This document shows, piece after piece, positions 36,916-46,919 of a stretch of DNA of 64,000 bases. Location: NCBI GenBank assembly GCA_041657405.1, contig JBBABX010000001.1, positions 106,316 through 170,315 on the forward strand, given 5' to 3'. The notes under the pieces are model-generated. The model saw nothing but the letters and a program-made list of their open reading frames with translations, was not told the DNA's origin and searched no databases. The stretch's first letter is position 1; every line of letters begins with the position of its first letter. Origin of the DNA: Minisyncoccota bacterium. Its GTDB lineage: Bacteria; Patescibacteriota; Minisyncoccia; Phycocordibacterales; XYD1-FULL-46-19. Both the position numbers and the translations under genes were made by a program.

Positions 36916-39291
36916 TTACCAATCGGTTGACCCTCTCCCAGCTCTCATGTATTCATAACCAGGAGAAGTTGAGTCACCTATTATATTTGTCTTAATTGTT
37001 GCCAGCAATGTATCAAGCTTATCCTCATTTATTATGGCGTTCAAGCTGCTTGGCCCTAAGTTAACACTAACCTCAACTCTTTCCAGAACATCATCGGGAA
37101 GTTTGGCGATTTCATTGGGAAGAATTTTTTTATCTCTAATTATCGTAGCAACATCTGCTTTTGTGGGAGCTTTTTTCAGGTCTTCGGCTATACTCTTGAG
37201 TTCTTCTTTTCTGTTTTCCTCTTTTTCCTCTTTTTCTTCTTTTGTTTTTGTTTTTTTGTCTTCCTTTAATTTTTTCCGAGCGTCTTTGTCGGTGCCCAAG
37301 ATATTAAAACCAGAAACTAGGCCAGCTTTTGATATTGTTGATGAAACATAATCATTAATACTCATAAGAGGCCTTGGGACAGATGGTTGACCTTTGAAAT
37401 CAAGGGTATCAGCTACCCACTTTTTGCCTTCTTTTATTTTTTCTTTTCCGGTTTCATAGGTTTTTGTTACTCCTCCAGGAACGGCAGTTGCTCGCTCTAT
37501 TCTTCGGGTGCTTGTTTTTAAAGCCTTGGTTAAAACATTAGGTCTTTCGCTTAATTTTGTTCCTGCCCACTGATCAATCTTGACAGAGCCTTTTCTGATC
37601 GCTTTGCCTCCGAGATTTAATCCTGCTGAACCATATCTTACCATAGAGGCCTGAGACTTGCCGGCCCATTTCTTAGAAAAGTCAAGCCCCTTAGCGCCGA
37701 ATTTTTGAGCAATAAAAATACAAGAAGCAATCATTGCCATCACAATCAGTTGTATCATTGTAATCTTCATTAAACCGGTTCCAATTCCAGCGTCTTGGGC
37801 TAAGGTGGATAAGCCCTTATCTCCTAGAATTTTAAAAACAGCAAAAAGCGGAATAAGAAAGGCGGGAGCAAAGAAAGATTGTTTTAGTAAAGCGTCTTGC
37901 CATTTTGTGTAAGAATCTTTAAACATTGGAATGAGTCTAAGTGTGAGACCGATTGGTGAGAAAACATAAACAAATAAAAGTGTAACAGTTCGAATAAGAA
38001 ACATAATAGACCCGGCAAGTAAGACAAAAGAGGCCATTAAGATAATAATAATGCTACCCAAAGAGCCTATGACAATTTGAAAAAATCCAAGTCTTGTTGT
38101 TGTGACCTCGTCTCCTTCATAATCATCAATTTCATCAATTGGCACAACGTGGGCGCTTAGATCCAGCTTGCTTACTAAAGCTGTTCCAATATTTGCGTTC
38201 ACTCGGTCTAGAATCCAAGCTTCGTTGGCTTGGGGGTCGTAACTCATTCGAGAATAAAACTCATAAGCTATAACATTACTAGCATCAATTACTACTCTTA
38301 CTAGAAAACCACTAAAATTTACTAGTAAAGCAATTATAATAACCTCTACAATTAATTTTTTACTATTACCACCAATAGAGATATCAAAAATAACACTTAT
38401 GGCAATATAGAGCAGAATAAAAATGAAAGATAGATTGGCTAAATCACGCATCACTTTCCACGCAGCATCAATTCCTGTAGATGCTATAAGGCTTTTAAAG
38501 CTTACAATGGAAATATAAATAGAAAGGTCAAAGATAGAACTAGAAATCCACAAAATAGTGCCAAATATTTTTAAGATGAGAGTAGAAATACCAGCGGCAA
38601 TAGATAGAACACAAGCCATCGGATTAATTCCAAACCAGTAAAGACATTGGTTTTTATTTTCTTCAATTTCCTTAATAATTTCTTCATTGGCTTCATTTGC
38701 AATTTCTTGTCTTCCTGCAATATGTTCAAAATATTCTTCGTCTGTTCCTTCCCAATACTCTGGTATTGCAATATCTCTCTCTTCCGGATTGGTTCTGATT
38801 AATTCCTGAAATCTATTCATAGCATATCTGTTTTCTTCTGTTGTTCCGATTCCAGGTTTTTGAAAACTAATACCGTTGTCTATTGCTTCTTGGCGTGCCA
38901 GCAGATAGTCTTTTGTGGTCCTATCCCCTCTTTCTAGAAGGAGATCAATGGTTGATCTTTGTTCAGGGGTCCATGGGACTTGTTCTATTTCCTCTTTAAT
39001 TTCATTTAGTTTTCTGTCGTAATAATAAAACTTCTCATCAAGTTCATTGTTTGTTGTGTTGCCAATACCACCAGTTACCCGAGTCCAAAAACTGTCGTCA
39101 CTATCTATTCCTGAAGGCAACTTTTCCATATTGTTTACAAGCGTACCTAATTGAGCAGTGAGTTTTTCCTGTTCAGTCCTAGTATCTGGTATTGGACCTT
39201 GGGCTGAAATCTTAGAAGGAAGACTATAAAAAACGACAATTCCTAAAAGAATAAAAAGTAGAATCTTGTTTATCTTCAATATAGACTTCAT
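36916..39291 (-). CDS. VirB6/TrbL-like polytopic membrane protein with N-terminal extracytoplasmic domain and C-terminal Lys/Glu-rich tail
   Basis: signal/TM then ~200-aa soluble domain, then 8 or more hydrophobic helices; C-terminal KKLKEDKKTKTKEEKEEKEENRKEELK. Confidence 0.45.
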   Translation of the reverse strand: MKSILKINKILLFILLGIVVFYSLPSKISAQGPIPDTRTEQEKLTAQLGTLVNNMEKLPSGIDSDDSFWTRVTGGIGNTTNNELDEKFYYYDRKLNEIKEEIEQVPWTPEQRSTIDLLLERGDRTTKDYLLARQEAIDNGISFQKPGIGTTEENRYAMNRFQELIRTNPEERDIAIPEYWEGTDEEYFEHIAGRQEIANEANEEIIKEIEENKNQCLYWFGINPMACVLSIAAGISTLILKIFGTILWISSSIFDLSIYISIVSFKSLIASTGIDAAWKVMRDLANLSFIFILLYIAISVIFDISIGGNSKKLIVEVIIIALLVNFSGFLVRVVIDASNVIAYEFYSRMSYDPQANEAWILDRVNANIGTALVSKLDLSAHVVPIDEIDDYEGDEVTTTRLGFFQIVIGSLGSIIIILMASFVLLAGSIMFLIRTVTLLFVYVFSPIGLTLRLIPMFKDSYTKWQDALLKQSFFAPAFLIPLFAVFKILGDKGLSTLAQDAGIGTGLMKITMIQLIVMAMIASCIFIAQKFGAKGLDFSKKWAGKSQASMVRYGSAGLNLGGKAIRKGSVKIDQWAGTKLSERPNVLTKALKTSTRRIERATAVPGGVTKTYETGKEKIKEGKKWVADTLDFKGQPSVPRPLMSINDYVSSTISKAGLVSGFNILGTDKDARKKLKEDKKTKTKEEKEEKEENRKEELKSIAEDLKKAPTKADVATIIRDKKILPNEIAKLPDDVLERVEVSVNLGPSSLNAIINEDKLDTLLATIKTNIIGDSTSPGYEYMRAGRGSTDW

Positions 39292-42200
39292 TTATCTTTC
39301 TATATCAATTATTTTTATAACCTCAGAATTATCATTGAAACACAATACCTTGTAGATAAGCTCAGAGCGTCTAATTGTTAAAGTAGAATTGCTTTCATTA
39401 AGGCTGACATCTAACCAAGTTATTCCTCGTTCGGTCAATTCATTATTTAATTTTATCACAATATCATCTAACGACGTAGCAGAAAAATTAATCACATTAC
39501 CGTCTATGTTTATTTTAATTTGACCAGTAACAGATATATTTGAAAAATCAAAGGTTAATTTTTCAGTAAGATAATCTGTTGTAATTGTTGTGGTAGGGGT
39601 AATTTCCTTTGGTTCTCCATCGCCTTCATTAATTGTAACAGAACCTTTCATTGGAATAGGTAAAGAAATTATCTTTTCCCCCAATTTCCCAAGATATTCC
39701 ATTTTTTTCATTGCTATTATTATTTCTCCATTTTTTCCTCTACCCAACCAATTATTATCAACTTCGCAAGTGGAATTCGGTGTAAACCAAACTAATTTAA
39801 TTTGATTAGGTTTTTGACCGGAACTGATTTCTGCTATGCTTGGCGATAAAGCTTTTGTTTGGACTAATGGCGGTTGTCCCTGAAATGAGTTTTGAGCTTG
39901 GGTTAGTAGAATGTTTAAAATATTTAGCATTAACTCACTATTATTTTCGTCAGACTCACTATTGTTCCAAAGACTAGATAATTGAGAAAGTAAATTACTC
40001 CAGTTTAAACTATTTTCACCAGTTCCAGTTGTCCCTCCAGTTCCAGTCTCTCCAAAACCACCCGTTGAAAGAGTGCCAGTATTGTTTTGCTGGGTTTGTT
40101 GGACAGTTTGTTGAGTTTTGCTGGGGTCAATAACAGGGATTTTTTGTCCATCAGCACCAGGGCCTGGTTTGGTATTTTGCCCAGAACCAGCAGCAGCAAT
40201 GGTTGGGGTTTCATAGTTGCCAGTTGCTGATTCGTGGGCGTCAGGAGCACTATCTGTTGGTTGCGACTCAGGTCCCCCAGGTACAAGATAGGTGTTATAT
40301 TTAGCTAATAAAGCACTAGACAAAGTGTCTTTGACAATTATCCCCGGCGCGCCTTCTCCGGCAACGGTCTCCCATTTTCGGCAAGCTACCAAATTTCCGT
40401 CTTGGTCTTTAATTTCATCAACACATTTACGTCCAGAGGGCAAGATTCCTTGTCCGGCTAAGTATTCATCTCGGGCATTAGCTTCAGCGATATTTTGTGC
40501 TCGGTTTTTAGCTTCTATGGCTAGCATGCTTGAGCCATAAGGATTATTTTCCGGATCGGTTATTTTAAACCACATATTCCAAAAATCAGTAGCTGACGAG
40601 GAATCAGTATTTACTGACTGATTTTCAGCTGAAGCGGTTTTCCAAAAAGCTAGCCGACTTAAGGGTTTACTGATAAAGTTTGGCAAATAAGCCAACAAAC
40701 GTTTGCTAAAACTAGGAGAATAGGCGGTTTGAATGGCATTTTTGTTTCCAGCCTCTTTAAATTTTTTAATGTCTTCTTTACTGATTGTTGAATCAATTTG
40801 GCTTAAACTTTCATCATTTATTAATTCAGCCAATCCTTCTTTATAAAGATTTTTTGAATTATTGATATCTGCCAAAACAACTTGTTTCGCTTCCTCATCA
40901 ATTTCATTCAAGTGTTCCCCTAAATTTTTAGGAAAAGCTTGAGTGTTGACATATTGTCCGTCAACAATTTTAGTGTAACCAGTTTTAATTAAGCTGTCTG
41001 GGTTGTCTTTACCAGCGATATCATTAGCATATTTTGCCAAGGCTTCCAGTCTGGTGCGATTGGCATTAGCCTCGTCTGCAATTTTCATTGATTCAATACT
41101 GGTCTGGATGCGTCTGATAGCACGTAGATGGGTACAAATTTGGATACTCAAATCTCGGATTTCTTGAGTGGTTTTGTCAATACTTGCGGTTTGTTTGTCG
41201 GTATTTTGTGTCGCAGTCATTAATTGTCCTTGTTGTTCTACAACTGGAACATATAAACCACCACCAACTAGACCGGTTACTGACCCAAGAATTCCTCCTC
41301 CTCCGCCCAAGAATTGTCCAACAATGGGAATATTAGAAACTTGATCTAAAATTCCACCTGGTATTTTATCCAAGGCGGCGCTGACAATATCGCCTGGTGC
41401 ACCGGATAAGGCGGCTTGTAGAATAGAGTTGTCACCGCCTAAAAGGAAATTACCCAAAGCGTTATCGGTTAAATTAGGCAAGATGCCGCCAAAACCATCG
41501 CCAAGTGTTGACAAGGTGTGATTGATGGCATTAGATCCCAACCCTTCAAAAATATTATTTAAATTGCCTGTAGAAATACCATTTACTAGATTAGACAAAG
41601 CATCACCGCCAATATTACCAAAAATATTATTGATAGCACCATCGCCTAATATTGGTAAAATATTATCCATCATATTAGTTCCCAATGAATTAATCAGGTC
41701 TCCCGCAGCAGCACCGCCAAGTTCGGAAAATACTATGCCCCAGTTTTCGTTGGAGATACTGCTTAAAATATTTTCAAAGTTACCAGCTCCAAGATTGCCA
41801 AATACGGAATCTAGTCCAAGTCCGCTCATGCTAGGGATCACATCATTTAAAAAATTGGGACCAAGACTTTCAATTAATTTGCCTGCGGTAGAAATACCGA
41901 CACTCTCAAATATGTTTTCTAAACTATCCTTACCCAAACTATTCATTACTCCTTGTATTAAATCTCCTGAACCACTAGCGATTATATTATTTACACTACC
42001 ACTGCCTAGATTATTGAAGACTTGTTCTAAGATGCTGTCATTTCCACGTCTTAATAAATTATCTATTCCAGCTTGGTCTAATTGTCCGATTAAGGTGTTT
42101 ACAGTTTCGTCTTCTAAATTACCCAAGAATGAATCGAAGCCGGTAACGGACATATTGGAGAAAATATTATTAATTGAAGGTTCCACCAAAAGATCGGCGA

Positions 42201-43419
42201 TATTATTAAGGGTGTTATTATCTAAACGAGGAACAATATTATTTATATTTGAACTACTTAAATTGTCAAAAACCGTATTTAGAGAATTGAAAGACATTTG
42301 CTCTAATAAATCAGATAAAGCTGAAGTGTTCATTTGTGAAAAATCTTGATTAATTTGAGTAGCGCTCATACTAGAAATTATTTCCTGTAAATTTTCGGTG
42401 GAAATGTTTGAAGGGTCAATTAAATTACCACCTAGGTTGACGCTAGAATCAGCATTAACGATATTAATCAGACTGATTTTTTTGATTTTTTTGCCAAGCC
42501 AAGAAAAGAATGATTGAACTTTATTTTTTACCAACTGTAAACTATTTTGATTGTCTTGATTTGTTGACAAGGCTACATTTCCTCCTGACACAGAGGATTT
42601 TTTTTCCTTAAATTGAATATGCCAATGGTTACCTTCATCTAAAAAGATATCGCCAGTATCCAAGACATAATAAGTCCCAAGATTAGAAGTATAAGAATCA
42701 ACCATATGATTATTTACATATTGTCGACTTTGGGTAGTTGGAGAAATATCTACTACGTTTTGTCCAGGTCCATGAGTGCGGTGTCCAGTTTCAGTGCCGC
42801 CTGTTAATAAAATACCTCCTCCTCCCATCTCTTGATTCATTTCTCCCAACCTGTCTATAGAAAGTTGTGGCAATCCCGCAACATCAGTGCAGCCTCCTGG
42901 AACTGTTCTGTAATCTCGGCCGTTACATGGCTCCTTGTTGACATTAATGCCTTGAGAAGCCAAAGTTTCTCTGGTTGCTTGTTCGTTATCACCCAAAGTG
43001 CCACTACTGCCAACTGGACTACTTCCACTGGGTGGAGTAAGCCCACTCCCTAAATTAGATATTCCACCAAATCCACCAACTTGAGCTTGACAAGCTTCAA
43101 AATCAGCTTGTTGTAATTGTAATAATCTTTGCGCTTCTTGTTGGGCTGTTTGGATATTTGATTGGCTTAATTGAGTAATCGCGTTTTGCGCTGTTCCCGG
43201 ATTTCCACCAATATTTCCCAGGCTGTTTAAATCGTTATTTAAAAAATATTCTAAGTCTAATGATCCTGTTGGAGAAGTTCTAGAATCGTCAAAAATAACA
43301 GAAGTCGGGTCATTCCATAGTCCCTCATCTATTATAAGAGCAAAAACTTGGTTAACAAAACCAAAAATTAATAAGACTGAGATAATAAATAAAAAATTTT
43401 TCGCTTTTTTAAATTTCAT
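39292..43419 (-). CDS. giant secreted repeat protein (1375 aa) with N-terminal possible LAS-type (M15-like) peptidase motifs and central Gly/Asn-rich ~18-aa tandem repeats
   Basis: start moved to MKFKKAKNFLFIISVLLIFGFVNQVFA (signal peptide); repeats of form ..LG.G...NIF..; near the N-terminus TETGHRTHGPGQNVVDI ... EGNHWHIQF (H-x-D ... H-W-H). Confidence 0.65.
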   Translation of the reverse strand: MKFKKAKNFLFIISVLLIFGFVNQVFALIIDEGLWNDPTSVIFDDSRTSPTGSLDLEYFLNNDLNSLGNIGGNPGTAQNAITQLSQSNIQTAQQEAQRLLQLQQADFEACQAQVGGFGGISNLGSGLTPPSGSSPVGSSGTLGDNEQATRETLASQGINVNKEPCNGRDYRTVPGGCTDVAGLPQLSIDRLGEMNQEMGGGGILLTGGTETGHRTHGPGQNVVDISPTTQSRQYVNNHMVDSYTSNLGTYYVLDTGDIFLDEGNHWHIQFKEKKSSVSGGNVALSTNQDNQNSLQLVKNKVQSFFSWLGKKIKKISLINIVNADSSVNLGGNLIDPSNISTENLQEIISSMSATQINQDFSQMNTSALSDLLEQMSFNSLNTVFDNLSSSNINNIVPRLDNNTLNNIADLLVEPSINNIFSNMSVTGFDSFLGNLEDETVNTLIGQLDQAGIDNLLRRGNDSILEQVFNNLGSGSVNNIIASGSGDLIQGVMNSLGKDSLENIFESVGISTAGKLIESLGPNFLNDVIPSMSGLGLDSVFGNLGAGNFENILSSISNENWGIVFSELGGAAAGDLINSLGTNMMDNILPILGDGAINNIFGNIGGDALSNLVNGISTGNLNNIFEGLGSNAINHTLSTLGDGFGGILPNLTDNALGNFLLGGDNSILQAALSGAPGDIVSAALDKIPGGILDQVSNIPIVGQFLGGGGGILGSVTGLVGGGLYVPVVEQQGQLMTATQNTDKQTASIDKTTQEIRDLSIQICTHLRAIRRIQTSIESMKIADEANANRTRLEALAKYANDIAGKDNPDSLIKTGYTKIVDGQYVNTQAFPKNLGEHLNEIDEEAKQVVLADINNSKNLYKEGLAELINDESLSQIDSTISKEDIKKFKEAGNKNAIQTAYSPSFSKRLLAYLPNFISKPLSRLAFWKTASAENQSVNTDSSSATDFWNMWFKITDPENNPYGSSMLAIEAKNRAQNIAEANARDEYLAGQGILPSGRKCVDEIKDQDGNLVACRKWETVAGEGAPGIIVKDTLSSALLAKYNTYLVPGGPESQPTDSAPDAHESATGNYETPTIAAAGSGQNTKPGPGADGQKIPVIDPSKTQQTVQQTQQNNTGTLSTGGFGETGTGGTTGTGENSLNWSNLLSQLSSLWNNSESDENNSELMLNILNILLTQAQNSFQGQPPLVQTKALSPSIAEISSGQKPNQIKLVWFTPNSTCEVDNNWLGRGKNGEIIIAMKKMEYLGKLGEKIISLPIPMKGSVTINEGDGEPKEITPTTTITTDYLTEKLTFDFSNISVTGQIKINIDGNVINFSATSLDDIVIKLNNELTERGITWLDVSLNESNSTLTIRRSELIYKVLCFNDNSEVIKIIDIER

Positions 43420-44116
43420 TTTTATCTTTTTTAAAAGTGATAACAATCTTATATTCTGGACCAATAACACCTGTTTTTTGTAAGAAATCGTTTAATTTGG
43501 TTGTCAAATTAATTATTGTTCCCGTTTCATTAAGATAAGTTTGTCCGCTTTGTAGGGCTAATACGGGTTCATCTAGGGCTTTTTCCATTTGTCCAGCTAA
43601 AAAGGAAAGTTTTTGTAAAGAAACAACCAAATCTTTTTGGAAGACCGCTGTTTCGGCGGGTGCTGGTAATTTTATTAATCTGTTAATGATTGAATCAAAA
43701 GTTAGACGGGCAGAAACTATATCTTTGATCAAAATTGGGTCATTATTATCCATTGCTTCTAACATTATTCGAACCTCGTGTTTGCGATTACCAGAAAGAG
43801 GCTTAAGAATATCAATTAAATTTTGGACATATGTTTGCAAATCATCTTCTGTAACTGTCGCCAACACGTCTAATTCAATTTCTTCTTCAAATAAACTAGT
43901 GACATTAAAATTTTGTAAAGCCCCCTTTTTTTCTAGATTATCTTCTACAATATTTCGCAAATTGCGATTTTTTTCTATAATCTCGGCCAAAATTTCTGCT
44001 TCATATTTTTCGCGTTGAGCACGATTTTTAAAACCAACATACCACAAAACCCCCAAAGTTATAATCAGGAGTATAACTATTAAAAATATTATTTTGCGAC
44101 TTGGTAATCGATTCAA
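43409..44116 (-). CDS. bitopic membrane protein (VirB8-like architecture, unverified)
   Basis: N-terminal TM KIIFLIVILLIITLGVLWYVGF + ~200-aa soluble domain; first gene of the minus-strand operon. Confidence 0.4.
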   Translation of the reverse strand: MNRLPSRKIIFLIVILLIITLGVLWYVGFKNRAQREKYEAEILAEIIEKNRNLRNIVEDNLEKKGALQNFNVTSLFEEEIELDVLATVTEDDLQTYVQNLIDILKPLSGNRKHEVRIMLEAMDNNDPILIKDIVSARLTFDSIINRLIKLPAPAETAVFQKDLVVSLQKLSFLAGQMEKALDEPVLALQSGQTYLNETGTIINLTTKLNDFLQKTGVIGPEYKIVITFKKDKNEI

Positions 44117-44216
44117 AATTATAATTCTATTATACCGTTTGTTGAGCTGTTTGGTAAATGTTTTTTCATCAAAAAAAGTGGATAAAAAAGACGGATTGAA
44201 TTATGATAGAATAGAA

Positions 44217-45074
44217 ATGTTTAAATTTTTCGAATTAAATAAATTAAGATTTTTTTTTAGGTTGAGTTATCAAAGTTTTTTGCTTTTTATCATAACCTTA
44301 CTGTTTTACTGGCCGTTTGTTTCCATGGGTTTTGTTTTTGAAAAAAATGTTGCCGAAGGCGAAGAAGATTTAAGTATAAAAAATTTACAGATTGTTCTCA
44401 ACCAGGACGAAAAGACGCAAGTCGCTGAGTCCGGCGCCGGCTCGCCTGGTCTGGAAACCAATTTTTTTGGTGCCAGGACTCGTGGGGCATTAACTCGTTT
44501 TCAACGTCTAAACAGTATTTCTGGTGAATATGGCTTGGTGGGACCTAAAACTAGGTTGGCTTTAAATAGAAAACTAGCCGAAACATATTTTGCCAAAACC
44601 TCAACTTCTACAAGCGAATTCTCTGGCCAACTGTTGGAAATTCAAAAGCCCTTTGTTTTGAAGCTTCCTTTTGGGGTGCGTGGTAATGCTACTCGTTTAG
44701 CCGACAAAAAATCACCTTATCTTAAGCGTTTAGAAAAAAAAGAAGAATCTGGCAATAAAAAACTGGAAATTGTTGGTAAGCCAAAAATTGTCTCCCTATC
44801 GCCTACCAGAGGTGTCTATGGTACCCGTGTGACGATTAAGGGTGAAAATTTCACGAGTGTTGGCAATACAATTTATACCGGCTATAGTATTTTAAAAAAT
44901 ATTTCTTCCTCAGACAAAAAAACATTGACTTTTACTGCTAACGCTTTTGGAACCGAATATCAGCAATCTCGTGGTCTAATTAATTATTTTAAGCCATTTT
45001 CAATTCCATTCTTGGTTTATGTTAAAAATACTAATGGCCAAAGTAATAGTTTAATATTTAATTATCAGTTTTAA
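44217..45074 (+). CDS. secreted peptidoglycan-binding domain protein (PG_binding_1) with IPT/TIG-like C-terminal domain
   Basis: FGARTRGALTRFQRLNSISGEYGLVGPKTRLAL matches the PG-binding-1 repeat; start moved from 44094 (which overlaps the divergent gene) to MFKFF..., giving a signal-anchor. Confidence 0.55.
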   Translation: MFKFFELNKLRFFFRLSYQSFLLFIITLLFYWPFVSMGFVFEKNVAEGEEDLSIKNLQIVLNQDEKTQVAESGAGSPGLETNFFGARTRGALTRFQRLNSISGEYGLVGPKTRLALNRKLAETYFAKTSTSTSEFSGQLLEIQKPFVLKLPFGVRGNATRLADKKSPYLKRLEKKEESGNKKLEIVGKPKIVSLSPTRGVYGTRVTIKGENFTSVGNTIYTGYSILKNISSSDKKTLTFTANAFGTEYQQSRGLINYFKPFSIPFLVYVKNTNGQSNSLIFNYQF

Positions 45075-46072
45075 TGAAAAAACGTTCAACTCAACTCTTT
45101 TTTTTACTTATGGCCATTGTTTTGTTTATGGTCGGCTGTCCTGTTGCTAAAGCGCAAGTGGGGCAAATTCCCTTTGGTGGTTTGATTGTTAAAGTGTTGC
45201 CTTGCTTGGTTAGTGGCAATATCATGATTACCCACACGTCAGTAGCTGGCTCGCCAATAGTTATGTATCAGCCAGGGGTTAGTAGGCTTTATTCATATTT
45301 TCAATTAACACCTGGCAATTGGATGCTTGGTAATACCTTGGGGATGGCGCCTTGTTTGCAACTTGTTCCTTTTCCACCTTTTGTCATCAATTTAGGCACC
45401 TATCCTTTAATTTCTATGGTAGGAACTTCGGGTGCGGGGATGACGGCTGGATCGGGCGCTGATGTTGGTGGTTTGAATAATGACGACTTTGGCAGTCTTA
45501 GTAGGGCTGATAATGAGGATATTACACCAGCGGTTTATGAATCAATAGAGCCTTGTGGTGAAAGTGATAACACAACTTCGTCTTATATTATTGCTAATGA
45601 GGGTTGGCGAAACTCTCCATATTTTGATTCATTAGGAAATCGCACGATTGGAGTGGGTCACCTTATTACTGGCGATGAGCCTTTTAATGCCAATCAGATT
45701 TTAACCAACGATCAGGTGGCGGCTTTGTATGAGCAAGATTATATTAGGGCAAAAGAGGAAGCCATTTTGGCCGCCGCCGCTCACGGAGTTGATTTTGATT
45801 CCTTGTCAGACACTAGGCAGGCGGTTTTGATAGACATGTCCTTTAATATGGGAGCACAAGGAGGAGGAGGCTTGGCGGGTTTTCATAATATGTGGAGTGA
45901 AATTGCTAAAGATAATTGGAACGGGGCGGCGAATGAAATTTTAGACAGCCAATACGGTAGTCAATTAAAAGAACGTTCTCGTCGCAACGCTGAAGCTATG
46001 CGAACTGATGATCGTTCAATTCTTGATAAACACATTAATTCCGATTTTCAAGCTTGGCAATTTTGTGAATGA
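45074..46072 (+). CDS. secreted phage-type lysozyme (GH24/T4-lysozyme-like) domain protein
   Basis: signal peptide; EGWRNSPYFDSLGNRTIGVGHL matches T4 lysozyme EG..Y.D..G..TIG.GH catalytic region. Confidence 0.65.
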   Translation: MKKRSTQLFFLLMAIVLFMVGCPVAKAQVGQIPFGGLIVKVLPCLVSGNIMITHTSVAGSPIVMYQPGVSRLYSYFQLTPGNWMLGNTLGMAPCLQLVPFPPFVINLGTYPLISMVGTSGAGMTAGSGADVGGLNNDDFGSLSRADNEDITPAVYESIEPCGESDNTTSSYIIANEGWRNSPYFDSLGNRTIGVGHLITGDEPFNANQILTNDQVAALYEQDYIRAKEEAILAAAAHGVDFDSLSDTRQAVLIDMSFNMGAQGGGGLAGFHNMWSEIAKDNWNGAANEILDSQYGSQLKERSRRNAEAMRTDDRSILDKHINSDFQAWQFCE

Positions 46073-46093
46073 ACTTAATTTTTTAATTTCAAT

Positions 46094-46900
46094 TTAGTTT
46101 TTAAATCGTTTTGTTTTTAAAAGGCATAACCAGTCAGGTAATTTTAGGTCTTCAGCGCGAAGATCGGGGTTCAAGTTGCAAAGCTGCCAATTTTCTGCTG
46201 GCAATTTGAGATGATTTCCTAGTTTTTTGCGTTTTTGGGAAAAACCTTGTCGTAATAAATCAAAGAATCTAGATTCTTCTTCAGCTTGGAAATTATTTCT
46301 GGAGATATTATGAATTAAGAGAATAGCTGAATCTACTTTTGGTTTAGGGACAAAGGCTCCAGATGGCACGGTCTTGATATACTTTGGTTCACCAAAGGTT
46401 TTAACTGAAAGTGATAAAAGACTTTCTTTTTCATCGCGGGCGACAATTCTTCTGGCGACTTCTTTTTGGAGCATTAATACCATTTTTGTCGGCTGGATTT
46501 TTTCTTCGCTCAAAAATTTTCGGATAACTTGACCGGTAATATAATATGGAATATTGGCGATTAATTTGTAGTTTATCTTTAGTTTTTTAGTTTTTGGAGA
46601 TGAGAAAGAAGATAAAAGAGTAGAAAAATTTGTTTTTAAAATATCGCCATAAATAAGAATAAATTGCTTATCCTTAATTTGGTTTGCAAACTTTTTAGAT
46701 AAAAATTCAATTAAGCGGTTATCTTTTTCCACCGCGATGACTCGAGCACCGACGGCAAACAAGGCTTCGGTTAATATCCCCTGTCCCGGACCAATTTCCA
46801 AAACCAATTCATTTTTATGCAGATCAGCGGACTTGATCATTTCTTTTATTGCTGATTTAGATTTTAGCCAATTTTGTCCAAGTGTTTTTTTCGCTTTCAT
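46094..46900 (-). CDS. rsmA: 16S rRNA (adenine1518/1519-N6)-dimethyltransferase
   Basis: LGQNWL..., LEIGPGQGILTEAL SAM-binding motif. Confidence 0.9.
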   Translation of the reverse strand: MKAKKTLGQNWLKSKSAIKEMIKSADLHKNELVLEIGPGQGILTEALFAVGARVIAVEKDNRLIEFLSKKFANQIKDKQFILIYGDILKTNFSTLLSSFSSPKTKKLKINYKLIANIPYYITGQVIRKFLSEEKIQPTKMVLMLQKEVARRIVARDEKESLLSLSVKTFGEPKYIKTVPSGAFVPKPKVDSAILLIHNISRNNFQAEEESRFFDLLRQGFSQKRKKLGNHLKLPAENWQLCNLNPDLRAEDLKLPDWLCLLKTKRFKN

Positions 46901-46919
46901 TGTATCTCGTTTATATTTT

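Noticed and set aside
41522-42349. 275-aa plus-strand ORF (and other plus ORFs at 39590, 40292, 42832)
   Set aside because: Antisense frames inside the repetitive giant-protein gene. Pro/Ser/Leu-rich compositions are typical of shadow ORFs.
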